From an archaeon (GTDB taxonomy: Archaea; Iainarchaeota; Iainarchaeia; Iainarchaeales; 0-14-0-20-34-12): DNA of 51,670 nucleotides. This document shows, in pieces, positions 38,401 through 48,300 of this stretch (its first letter is position 1; the number at the start of each line of letters is the position of its first letter). The stretch is taken from assembly GCA_038046645.1 (NCBI GenBank), contig JBBSVU010000001.1, positions 11,078 to 62,747 of the forward strand, written 5' to 3'. Under the pieces are notes generated by a model. The model worked only from the letters and a program-made list of their open reading frames with translations. It was not told the origin of the DNA and did not search any database. The translations under genes and the position numbers were made by a program.

Positions 38401-40466
38401 TTGAGCCAACAAAGGCAGCGCCTGTTGAATTGGAGGTATTGCCCTGTACAATAGGGACAATGACAGGCAAGACAGGAAAGAATGCTATGCCTAAATTATT
38501 GTTCACATGGGATTTCACACAGATAAAAGAGAATGCATGTGATGAAAAGAATGCAAACAATGCATATTGTGATGCAGTGCAATTCTCAAGTGAATTGCTG
38601 CAGAAAATAAAAGACATAGATGAAAAGCTTGATGCAGCAGGAACTTTAAAATGCCCTTCAGCATTAGGCGTTGCTACTCACTTGACAAATGAATTGTCAA
38701 AGTATGATAAGGATGTTGCAATCACTGATTTATTCATCTCAAAGGAAACTGCCAACACAATCAAAGTAAAGGCAGTTTTAGCAGAGAACGGGCATAACAC
38801 CGAGATGTGGGCAAATGTAGAATTTGGTTATCCCACAATGGCTGCAACACCAGGCACATCAAATGTAACAGAAACTGAAGAGGTTACATTTACTTCATTA
38901 GGGAGTGTTGAAAAAACATTAAGTGTTCCAGAAGGAACGCATGAAATCAGCGTAAAAATAACCGACTGGGGTTTAAATGTTGCAGGGGAGAAATGCACAA
39001 CAGCAGACTGTGAGTCTAAATGCGGAAAAGCATGCAAGAACGGAGATACAACAAATGATGAACTTACTGCTGAAATTACAATAAATTCAAGCACAGATGA
39101 AGGGTTAGCAAAATGCGAGCCATATTCCACAGAAAGGTTGACAGAATACGCAAATGCAAATGCAGGTTTAGAGCCTGTAATTGAACTGACAAGCTTCTAT
39201 TCCTACCTGATGAATGATGGTTACAGTGAAGACTTCAAAAAAGACTTTGTTGAATACCTGTTATCTTCAGATTTCTTCACAGGCATAGAAGAGAATTATT
39301 CAGATTTATTGAACAAGTATTTCTTGGACAACGAAAGATTCAAGTTTGAAAGCCCAATGTTAAAAGCACCTTACAACAACATAGATGCGGGAAAATATAA
39401 GGTTACTATTAGCATCATATATGACAAGGAAAATCCTTGGCAATTATTTAATTCGGAAAAAGACCCGACAGCAAATATTGTTGTAAAATTAGAGAAGCTT
39501 TCAAACCCAAGCCCGGATTCACCATTCTATTACATGCCCGTAGATGGCATTGTAGGAAAGAATTCAGAAGATGGACGACAGGGTTATGGTGTGAATTATT
39601 TCCAGGCGGAAACAATTGCCCCGGAAAAAACAATCCTGATAAATGAATTAGATGCTACAGACAAATATGCAGTAATAGCACAGGATATCCCAGGGTCAAA
39701 TGCAGTAACAAAGGTAAATGTTGCAAGATACGATGACTTCCAGCTCATGAACAATGTATTCAGGGGAATTATTTTAGCAGTAGACAGAAGCAACGTAAAT
39801 GAGCCAAGCATTAAATTCTATCCAAGCTTAGCAGCTCCTGCAGTATTAAAAGTAACTGGCGGAGAAATGGAAAAGGCTTACGCATATTATTCCTTAATGC
39901 TTGATGAACAGCCACAAGAGCCGGGAGACCATCTTGCTATGTGGTCTGCATTTGGATTGCATTGCAAGGATTTCGAAGGCGTTGAATTAATTGAGAGATG
40001 GCCTGTCGGAGGAGCACCAGACTTCAAGGGAATGGTGCAGAGGGCAAACGCCTGTTCAAAAGGAACAGCCCCATCAGACTATGGATTTGAATGGTGCAAT
40101 ATGAAGAAGAAAGGAAACGTTTATTTGGGAACAGTATTCTTCATACCACAGGACAGCAAGGACAAGGCATTGTTAAAAATGAGGGCAATGCACAATACTG
40201 ACGAAGCACAATTTGTATATCCGGATGGCGAAGGAACAGGGCAGATGTCTTTGAAACCTGTAGAATTTGAGAATGCATACATAAGGTCTGTTGAACAGGT
40301 CATAAACCAGATAGAAGCAGAGAATGTCTGTGTTGCTGGCTACAATAATCCAAGCAAGGTTAATTTCTTCTGGAACCCGCAGAAAATCCTCACTGAAAAG
40401 TATTCAAACCTTTTAGCTGAGGTAAACATCTCAGAAGACCCTATTGTAGGATGCATAACTGAATAA
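32439..40466 (+). CDS. Giant membrane-anchored surface protein 3 (paralog; glycine zippers flanking Cys-rich repeats)
   Basis: 2675-aa ORF; YYGLEDKWY...IPSF plus TM; shared scaffold motifs; ends FFWNPQ. Confidence 0.9.
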   Translation: MGIKDFYYGLEDKWYALLDKIDAKLPIYKVIEPIDKVIPSFLLFLILILAAVLFLALPLFGMFGAQEYSISFLVTDLSTAKPIENAAVTLNYLDKTEIVYTNAEGKTDALKLPKDAVLDYSIKYSGYKLKSGSQLMDSDYLELAILLQAEGPIEFAGEGEEINFTIQTPDGEKITEAVKVEFDCTTPEAEDPSTQTVYNGEVFVVKPKNCGDLKYKVSSEKYESSGYWEPAVNGGIAIMQEKIESFGSVTVNLMFNNKATDETVWIEIYKTDDGFSEGEGEYVDSKYGEGQVIFESVATGTYFVKTKGTDIFASSASSTFTLAEGENKTITIELKEAILGSIKVHVKSKSFGFNVKDATVTLKKEKSSIETHTTDELGEIEPFKVGEDTTYNLVVSHPDYCIKKVTDVKIKEETYLVELESGIQCKTQLHVKIVDSEGNAVANAHVGLYSPDGYSVGLPQTITDANGEGKFQTSEYTTYKVFAYKGSSSGWSDALQFTADNSEELVYTVVLDIPNGTLKIMALDEDGNPLQFANVTLRDTFDNTVLGGGSKPIESADGILSLTLKADKSVYAIVEKADYSTYISQPVEIIGNGEAEIKAILMPNIVGGDITWKEKGVTFLGLFKGKDRVLDITNGEKYTAKFKLNVPKDVSYNTLGFHLRTGREGISNKLEIDPAQIISINAPSASKIVKGTAYNPPAGQADDMLYKSEGAAKWATVEWYGIPENASITVEFEVEVKKEALFGEAVLLDWRAYAINSEGTLINFPEDKSVGVGQVPDLVKELLYAKTNIEKFVVGVEKVCSEKWCFSAYITDKSTKLMESATEGYQAKVGTNYALEFKIINNSESEMDTYYESELQIKDVTESLDILSYTISGAQGHVESKVSGTDLDEKIGFDTGKLDSGNIQPNSQVTGKIEFNPKKTGATPFTFYIFSGKKNVLEETLNIVTTADNEFKLEYENDGTFTDAIPLLPSGKSNDIVVRAKNAVTGLEVDKAVISVKDKYGALLSQAQTNTLGIAKLKLPSMQPAEKIKLMAEKANYKVFTTELTVDSAVILVNPLSLTYNLNPKAEPEKTSNFTITNKTEMELIIKSIELSGTFYDLIDTEAVENYLLTEYKGKKIVSKGYETVNLPVKLSTIGLKTEKPRSVDGKLKVTVSALGKEWIQNIDIKVSIGLGGEADNADCFVVNKAEWIGATEGAPRSLEIKIENNCVTKGIPITLDNLQATAEWKTNHLGIFELKLEEDTIQVSSGFYKLIKPKLEKGEIITGVLTFTPDGGVIGNAEATIKIKAENFVDSGVQELEKSLNVKMTITNLEDCIMFSQDLIKTKIGTDATLGIETKNCGKEVDFQLKTALDLDSKEFTMQGTDKKDIKIYTSKEQYAGQYPINVFVKGLEKTEFEPRKLIRVRILGGDCYEISKYEMDIYQNPNKDAAVTGYDIIKVRNKCYEGQFEVTRKYDTSCWFNRGDEPWYDVTEWDAGCKGTATLMGAGIGFIVGGLGALGESGCFWGEGGGLGCDDKGCKGKSENAPCAGGICKDGTCTAKAGAAAGTDKECAGKKDGTECKEGFKCFKEKCLSAEDYDEEAVKTKDFLSTTVNCEAQAQKLEKCLKEKGYTLTCEKDICIMMYDKSKEDATKKDFTACEAEARTASCGSEAAPTTTNNCKEEEKFKDQPQLKNGCWIAKCTGGTAETPEWKYFNVNKDTTCQSTGKCDESGQCIGGTATGSATLAIPPVTGNYPYGQQGYGGGYGYDQGYGGGMGGIGSGIGGLVNGVGGTVSGLLGIVNMGLTNPWAGMGLGAITGLLAAWATEDSGSITQQLILKEIPFTAEEIGAMKEDYVYNDKNLLMPGHMLLLQTKETEVENNNAAADANTEAATDLTAMEQIEPLFEGAEFELINQSILPNPEKPGQFMEEFEYKITNTAGLKQVDQYTPIFTVLSAGGKETRAKYCTTVAGSEKENCEGETLTSNRKLTPKDAAVEKGQSYIEKFRIQLNAFEPTKAAPVELEVLPCTIGTMTGKTGKNAMPKLLFTWDFTQIKENACDEKNANNAYCDAVQFSSELLQKIKDIDEKLDAAGTLKCPSALGVATHLTNELSKYDKDVAITDLFISKETANTIKVKAVLAENGHNTEMWANVEFGYPTMAATPGTSNVTETEEVTFTSLGSVEKTLSVPEGTHEISVKITDWGLNVAGEKCTTADCESKCGKACKNGDTTNDELTAEITINSSTDEGLAKCEPYSTERLTEYANANAGLEPVIELTSFYSYLMNDGYSEDFKKDFVEYLLSSDFFTGIEENYSDLLNKYFLDNERFKFESPMLKAPYNNIDAGKYKVTISIIYDKENPWQLFNSEKDPTANIVVKLEKLSNPSPDSPFYYMPVDGIVGKNSEDGRQGYGVNYFQAETIAPEKTILINELDATDKYAVIAQDIPGSNAVTKVNVARYDDFQLMNNVFRGIILAVDRSNVNEPSIKFYPSLAAPAVLKVTGGEMEKAYAYYSLMLDEQPQEPGDHLAMWSAFGLHCKDFEGVELIERWPVGGAPDFKGMVQRANACSKGTAPSDYGFEWCNMKKKGNVYLGTVFFIPQDSKDKALLKMRAMHNTDEAQFVYPDGEGTGQMSLKPVEFENAYIRSVEQVINQIEAENVCVAGYNNPSKVNFFWNPQKILTEKYSNLLAEVNISEDPIVGCITE

Positions 40467-40471
40467 ATTTA

Positions 40472-40570
40472 TGTCAAAAACATGTCGGTTTTTGACAGAC
40501 AATGAATTCCATATTTGTGGAATTCTTTGGATTTGAATAATCAGCCAAATGGCTGATTATCTTTTTCTTT
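40472..40570 (+). terminator. Triple hairpin ending in a U-tract terminator after giant gene 3
   Basis: TGTCAAAAAC/GTTTTTGACA (40472-40497), GAATTCCAT/GTGGAATTC (40504-40525), ATAATCAGCC/GGCTGATTAT (40537-40560), then CTTTTTCTTT. Confidence 0.7.
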
Positions 40571-40611
40571 ATTTTTTCAATATTTTAGCCATATTTAGTT
40601 ATTACTAGAAG

Positions 40612-40662
40612 GTTACTTAAAAAAGTAACATTTATTAACTATTTGTTACTAAAATAAGTAAC
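40612..40662. promoter_or_regulatory. Paired palindromic operator GTTACT-N6-AGTAAC upstream of the ATPase
   Basis: Two perfect copies at 40612-40629 and 40645-40662, 33 bp apart, flanking a TTTATTAA box and just before the AAGGTGA RBS. Confidence 0.7.
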
Positions 40663-40677
40663 AAACAAGGTGATATT

Positions 40678-42168
40678 TTGGCGATAATAGATGTACTAAG
40701 GGGCTGGAATCCATGGTGGTTCAACAAAAGAGCAGTTCTGGAAGAGCTTGCTGGAATTGAAAGAACTGATTACGCGGAAATAATAAAAACGATTGAATTG
40801 AAAGAAACTACAGTTATTACCGGGGTAAGGCGTTCTGGGAAAAGCACTTTGATGTACCAGATGATTAAAAAATTAATAGAAAATGGAACCGAGCCTAACA
40901 ATATTTTATTAATAAACTTTGAAGATGAAGCACTATTGGATGAATCCCTTGATGATATTTATTTAGAATATAAACAAAATATAAATCCCGATAAAAAAGC
41001 ATTTATATTCTTAGACGAAGTCCAGAAAAAACAAAAATGGGAATTATGGGTAAGAAAAAAATATGACTTAAAAAGTGACGCAAAATTTGTTGTTTCAGGC
41101 AGTTCAGCACACTTATTGAAAAGAGAATATTCTACCCTATTGACCGGCAGAATAGTATCTTTTGAGGTAATGCCATTAAGCTTCATAGAATATTTAGAGT
41201 TTTCCAAGATTGAAGTAAATAAAGAAATGGTTAAAAAAGGCTTGGTATTTCCACAAGATTTGCCAAAAATACAAAGCTTATTGGAAAAATACTTGGATGG
41301 GGGGGGTTTCCCAGAAGTTTTCTTCAAAGAAGATGAGCAAAAAAGGCTTATTCTGACAAATTATTTTGATGACATCATATTCAAGGATGTTGTAGACCGG
41401 CATAATATAAAAAGTCAAAAGCCAAAAGAATTAGCAAAATATCTAGCAACAAACCTAGCTGGAAATATATCTTTAAGAAGTCTAAGGGGGATGACTGGTT
41501 TAGCATATTGGCAGATAAAACAATATTTAAGCCATTACCTTGATGCTTTCCTATTTTTTGAAATAAATCATTTTTCATATTCATTAAAGGAACAAAAAAC
41601 ACGCCCAAGTAAGATATATTGCATAGACAACGGCCTAAGAAATGCTGTTTCGTTCAAATTTAGTAAAGATTTGGGAAAATTGGTTGAGAATTTGGTTTTT
41701 CTGGAATTCAAAAGAAAAGATAATGAGATATACTATTGGAAAAATAAGAATGAGGTAGATTTTGTAATAAAGAATGCAGACTATAGCTTAGATGCAATAA
41801 ATGTTTCATATACTGATGAAATACCTGAGCGTGAAACTTTAGGGTTATTGGAATTCAAAAAATGCAATAAAAAAGTAAACAAATTGTTAATAATTACGAA
41901 AAATCTGGAAAAGAATGGAGAAAACATACAATACATTCCATTGTGGAAATGGCTTCTGCAGGATGAGATTTTAAAGCAGCAGATTGGAACATTTAAATCA
42001 AGCAAAAGCACAAAACAATTGTTAAAAGAATCAAGAGAAGGATGGAATGAGAATAATGCCCACTTAAGCAGCAGAACGTTAAAAGACATCAAAAAAGCCA
42101 GAAAAGAGATAAAGCAAGGAAAAGTACATTCTTTAGAAAAAATCAAAAAAGAACTAAAAATAACCTAA
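40678..42168 (+). CDS. AAA_14/DUF4143 family ATP-binding protein with antitoxin-like C-terminal extension
   Basis: WNPWW start motif, Walker A GVRRSGKST, Walker B FIFLDEVQ, GGFPE, KIYCIDNGL, ENLV, EVDF; TTG start with AAGGTGA RBS. Confidence 0.9.
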   Translation: MAIIDVLRGWNPWWFNKRAVLEELAGIERTDYAEIIKTIELKETTVITGVRRSGKSTLMYQMIKKLIENGTEPNNILLINFEDEALLDESLDDIYLEYKQNINPDKKAFIFLDEVQKKQKWELWVRKKYDLKSDAKFVVSGSSAHLLKREYSTLLTGRIVSFEVMPLSFIEYLEFSKIEVNKEMVKKGLVFPQDLPKIQSLLEKYLDGGGFPEVFFKEDEQKRLILTNYFDDIIFKDVVDRHNIKSQKPKELAKYLATNLAGNISLRSLRGMTGLAYWQIKQYLSHYLDAFLFFEINHFSYSLKEQKTRPSKIYCIDNGLRNAVSFKFSKDLGKLVENLVFLEFKRKDNEIYYWKNKNEVDFVIKNADYSLDAINVSYTDEIPERETLGLLEFKKCNKKVNKLLIITKNLEKNGENIQYIPLWKWLLQDEILKQQIGTFKSSKSTKQLLKESREGWNENNAHLSSRTLKDIKKARKEIKQGKVHSLEKIKKELKIT

Positions 42169-42310
42169 GTTATCAATATCTAATTCAGGCATAATTACCC
42201 AAGTAATCAATCACTTATGCTATTTCTTAAAGGTTAGTTATATAAATTATATAAATATATTAAATATAGCCAATTGCTTTAATTTGGCTAAATATAAAAT
42301 GGCTGGTACT

Positions 42311-45300
42311 ATGTCCCTGAAAGATAAATTTGAAGAAATAAAAATGAAAATTGCGGGTTTGGGAAGAAAAAAACTTGCAATGATTGGAATTGGAATACTG
42401 ATTTTGGCAATTGTTGGTGTTATACTTTTAAATCCACAAGGAGAGATTGCAAAAGGAAATGTAAAGGCTATTTTGACATTCAAGGATAATAAGGGAAATC
42501 TGCTTCCCAATATGAAAGTATCCTATTTGAAGGACAATCAGTGGAAATCAGGGAACACTGATACTCTAGGAAAATTAATCTTAAATGTGCCGGCGGAATC
42601 TGAACTGAAATTAAAGGCAGACGAATTTATATTAAACGGAAAGAACTATGGGAAATTTGAGAAAACGCTTTATATCGGGTCAGAAGATTTTAGTGAGTAT
42701 GTTACATTAAGCGAAAAAGGGGCTTCAGGGAAAACCACAGTCAGCTTGATTTTGCAGGGAACAACTGGACTGCTTGAGGGCGAGGACTTTACCCTATCTT
42801 TTTCATGCTCAAATACAACAGACACTTGGCAGGAATCAGGAAAAGGGCCTGCAATCACTACCCAAGTGCCATTAAATTGCGGAAAATTAAATGTGAATAT
42901 TTTATCAGACAAGTATGAGAATGCCACAGTAATAATGCTTGAAGGCGAGAAAGACAAATTAATTAACCTGGTTGAAAAGCCTACTCCTAACGGAACTCTT
43001 GTTGTAAATGTTGTTGATGAAACTGGAGGGATACTTACTGGAACAAACTTTGGAATAAGCATTTATGGAGACAATGGTGTTGAGCTTGAGGATTATACAT
43101 TAGAATATGGGTTTGTCACATTTAACTTGGCGCCAGGAACATATAATGTTGCAATAAAGGATCCGAAAAAAGATTATGGCTCTAATAATGTTTCAGGCAT
43201 TGTTGTTTATTCAAAGAAAACAGAAACAGTTGATATCCCGACAAGCAAGGAAAAAAAGGCAACAATAAAAGTGTATGCTGTTGACAAGGACAATAAACAA
43301 GTAATAAAAGGCGCAAAGGTAATTTTGAAGGATTCAAAAAATAAAAATGTTGATGAGGAAAATACAACAGAAACAGGCAAGGTCGTAGAATTTGCAGTTT
43401 ATGATGTAAAAGATTACAAAATATATGCAAAGAAAGAAGGCGGATTGGAAGAAGGTTATTATTCAAATAATGTTGATATAAATGCAACTGAATTCGGAGA
43501 TTTGAAGGAGATAACAAAAACTGTTGAGCTTGAAAAAATTACTGCCTCAAATTCAGGAAAAGTAAAAGTAACAGTAAAGGATGAGGATGGCATTCCTGTA
43601 AAAAATGCCCAAGTAAGGTTTATGGTTAAAGGGTTTATTGAAGATGGCTCTGAAGATTATCTGATGGAAATGCCAATCGCTTCCATAAAACAGTTTACAA
43701 ATGCAAATGGTGAAGTAGAATATATTTTGGGCGGAAGTGAAGCTACAGAAAAAGAAATTTATCCTTATGTCACAAAACCTCCGGCTTATTTCAAAGACAG
43801 GGCATTAGCAAAGAAAATCCTAATTACTGAAGACAATCTATTTGATGTGACAATGATTATCGGAGATGCAACCATTGAGCTTGAGGCAAAGGATAAAGAG
43901 ACAAAGCAATTGATTTCAGGGATAAAATATGAGATGTATTCCTATGATGGAAAATTGATTGTTTCCGAAAATGAAATGCCTGAGGGAAAAACTACCTTAA
44001 CAGTGAAAGCAGACAAAAGAGTGTACTTTTTATTTAAGCATCCGCAGTATATGCCTTTGCAGAGCAGGGTGCTGAATCTGGTGCAGGGGCAAACATTTAA
44101 TGTTTTGGCATTAATGTCTCCGCCATATGCCGGAGAAAATCCTAAGATTGAATTAGAGGGAATTTATGAAAAAGGCGGTGCTTTTGCAAATTCACTTTTA
44201 TACGGAAAGGAATATGAATTCAGGTTTAAATTGACTTCACCAGAAAAACCATTGTACCAGTTAGGAATGCATTTCCGAACCGGGGATTCATTCATACTGC
44301 AAAATGATGGAATACAGATAAACGGTGGCGAGGATTCAATCAATGCAGGCAATATGCCTTCAATAACTAGAGGGGAAACCTATCAGGAGGGAGCAGTTGA
44401 AGAAATACCTACTGAAGGAAAATCAAAATGGGTAAACATAGTTTGGACGAATCCAAATTATCAGGAATACTCAATTGGAATTGTTGTAAAGGTTACAAAA
44501 CCAAGCGCATTTATTCCAGTGTTCTGGAGAACCTGGGCAATTGCATCAGAGAATCAATTGTATTTGAGAGATCCTCTAGATGATGTTTTGGGAACAGCAG
44601 AAACAAATGCAGGAAAAAAAGCGCTCTATGCTAACACATATACTGCGGAATTATATGAAGGCAATCCATTGCAGTGCGGTGAAAAGGAAGATGGTTTAAA
44701 ATCAGACCAGTTCTGCTGGGGCAATGAGAAATTATACGGAAAAGACCCTTTAACAAAGCAGGATTTATATTATGAATATGCAAGCAATTATCCGCTTGTG
44801 ATTTTATCGGATTATGATTTCTCGTTCAGCATACAGAATGCTTCAACGATAAAATACCAGCAATATAAGATGATTATAAAAAGCACAAAGGATGTTTTAA
44901 AGGTAAAAAGTTATGAATTGACAAATGCTGATTCAAAGGTTGAAACAGTTGATGCATTAACCGACAATTACAATATTGAATTAGAAAATTTGGGCGATTT
45001 TTCATATAAGAAAAATATCGCAATAAAAATGAAATTGCAGGCAATAGAAAAAGGATCGGCAAATATTGAAATTTATCTGATGGGGGATAATGCACCAATA
45101 GAAGGGATGTATCCTTACACAGTAAATTTCAGCGTGCTGTCAGAGAAAAACCTGAAAATAATACTGAAAGAGCCTACTGGAGAATCGTTGCCTGCTTATT
45201 CAGACCAGCAGCTTATTTTGGAAATACGGGATGAAAAAGGCGATTTCGTAATAAATAATGCAATAGTTATTGTTGACAGAAAGCATCCAGATTATGAAAC

Positions 45301-48300
45301 TCCATACCATATTAACACAGTACTAAGCGGAGACTCAGATAAGGGCTGGGATGATGGAATTGCAAAGGTAAATATCCCAAGCACAGCGCCAAAAAGCATA
45401 ATAAAAGTAAAGGCAGTAAAAGAGGATTATGCCCCTGCTTATTTAGATATTGCAGTATCAGACCAGATTATGAAATTTGACCCTTCACCATTCAGCTTCA
45501 AATTGAATGTTGTGAATAAAGCAGCGCATGAGAATTTCCAGTCATTCAATGTGATAAACCAGACAGGGAGTGATTTCTCAATTACCTCTTTGAAATATGA
45601 CAAAATTGGCGGGGATTACAATGATTATATCGGATTATTGAATATTGAGGCAATGCAAAATTACTTGAACAATGAAGCTATTGGCGGGCAGGCATTGCCT
45701 GTCAAAATTAAAGGCAATGAGGCAAAGCAGTCAAAGGCAAAGGCAATATTAAGCGATGAAGCTGAAAACATTTTATACAACCTGCAAAAGGCAAATGTGA
45801 ATATTGAAAGTGGAAAATTAATTATAAAATTAGAGAATAATGATGCTTTTTTATCCGCCCCATACTTGCAGGAAGTCCCAATCGACCCAATAAGCATAAA
45901 TTATGGCGATGTGCCAACAGAGGATTGTGTAAGGTTAACTGCTTTGGGCGGTGCAGATGTAAAGAACTGGGTTGCCGGCACATTAAATGATGATGCTATA
46001 CTTGAATTTGAATTGCAAAATACCTGCGGCGTAGATTTGGAAGGAATAAGATTCCAGCTTCTCACTAATGGAGAATCAATGCCAGGGGATGCAGCAATAA
46101 ATATTGAAAGCGGCTTAATCACAGATCCATTAATCATGAATTTCAAGCAGGATTTCATGTTCCCATTCTCAAGCGTGCAGGAAACAGGGAAAACATATCT
46201 CGGAAAATTAATATACAAACCAAAAGAAGGGACAGAAGGGTTAACTGCGAATTTCACAGTAAATGTCTGGGGCTTGGTAAAAGCTGCAAGCCCATCCGGT
46301 GAGATAGGTTTGCTTGAGGTAATTTCAAACCCAACAGCAATTGAGGCGCATGTAACAAACATAAATCTATTCAGCTGCCTGGATTATTATAAAGCAAGCG
46401 GAAGTTCCGGTGACAGAAAAATAGAATTAACTGAGGGAGGAATGCCATCTGATTCAAGTTATAAAGATTCTTTTATGGTAACAAATGACTGTAAAGTTCC
46501 CATAGAAATTATTTTATGTAAAGGAGACACAAAATGCAACGGCAATTTAAAGGAAGGTGGAGGATTAGACTTATCAAAAGCCGCAAACTCCAAATTCACA
46601 ATTAATTCAGAAGCCGACGGTGCAGTTGTTGAAGTAAGCAGATTAGACTACAATCCTAATGCCGGAGACCAGGAAACTGCAGTTGGATTATATGGAATAA
46701 CAATCTGGGCAAAACCAAAGAATCTTGTTACGGAATTTGTAAACCTAGGCTCAATGGAGGTTGAAATAAAGCCAGGGCAATCAGACTGGTTCTTTTTGGA
46801 TAATTACGAATCAGATATCTTTGCTGTCGGAGAAGGCACAGCATCATCAGATATTTTCTTGCTGAAAAATACCCAATTTGTACAACAGCCATTTGGAGTA
46901 GAAGCAAATGAATGCACCTGGGAAGACTGGACAACAGAATATTTGGAATGGTATGATACTGAGGGAGCGGAAGGTACAATAATGGCTGCATCAGTAATAA
47001 CCGCAGTTGTTGCTGGGACAGCTACTGTGGTATTAGCTGCAGCAGTAGCAACTGCCACTACTGCAGCATCAGTTAGTGCATTAGGAGGTCCATATGGCAT
47101 AGCAATTGGTGCTGCAATAGTGGTAACTGCGTTAACTGTAGCATTGCTTTGTGCCTGGGTATTCTGTAGCTGTGATTCCGGTGATTATAGCACAAAAGAA
47201 AATTTCAAGGATTATAAAATAAAGCTAGGGAATGAACCTGGTGAATTTAATCCATGCAGCCCAAGTTCTGCAGAATGCATAAAAGATTGTGACACAGGAA
47301 ATGATTTCGCAGATTGCTATGTTGATTGTAAAGGAAAGTACAAGACATGCGTAGAAGAAGCTGCAGACCAAAAAACACCGCACAGGGATTTAGCATACAG
47401 TGATTCTGATTTCTTGAATTGTAATTTAATTTTAGGGAATGGATTAGATAGCATAAGCACAACCTGCGATCAAAGCTTTGCAGACATTGAATCAAAAATA
47501 AGTGATGACAAAGCGCAAATGATTATGGATCCAGCAGGCAGTTCTATCACTGGGAGTATTGAAAACCCAGTATGGGAACAACTTTGGGCAATGCCAATTA
47601 AAGGTTCAGATATTGACAGCCTAAAGAATGAAACAGCTTATGGTTTATTGCAGGTAAGCAGCGAATGGGAAGACAATTATGGTGAAACAGTAAGGTGTGA
47701 AGAAAATACATTTGATGTGTATAGAGTAGGAACATCAGATGCAGAAGGCCAATGTGAAATAAAGGGAGAGGGAACAACAACAAAAGCAATGCACCTAAAA
47801 TTCAACGGAGTAAAACCAAAGGCCGGACCTTTGCCTAAATTAAATGTAGACCAATGTGAAGGCGGAGGAGTTACAGGTGAAGGGGCAGTTCCAAAGGTAA
47901 GGTTCAACTGGGGCTGGAGTGATGACATTGATACAGGACAAGGAGTTCCAATTGATTACTGCGAGGCAAACAAGGATGAAGGTAAAGAAATTTACTGTGA
48001 TGCAACGCAATTCAGCATAATGCTTTCAAAGAGATTGTTCAAATTGGATGAATTCCTAAAAGCAAATACTGATATTTCATGCCCTGAGAATTGGCAGCAG
48101 AAAGCCATTATCGAAGGCTGTGAAAAAGTAAATGAAGAAAACGGTTTAGGGATAATTAATGCTGGCAGCATAGGCATAAAATCAGTAAAATTATCTTCAA
48201 CAGCATACCCTTACCTAAAGGTAGATGTAAATATTGAAAATAAATCAAATACAGATTACACTGATTCGGTAACTTATGAAGGTACTACCGGACAAGGAGC

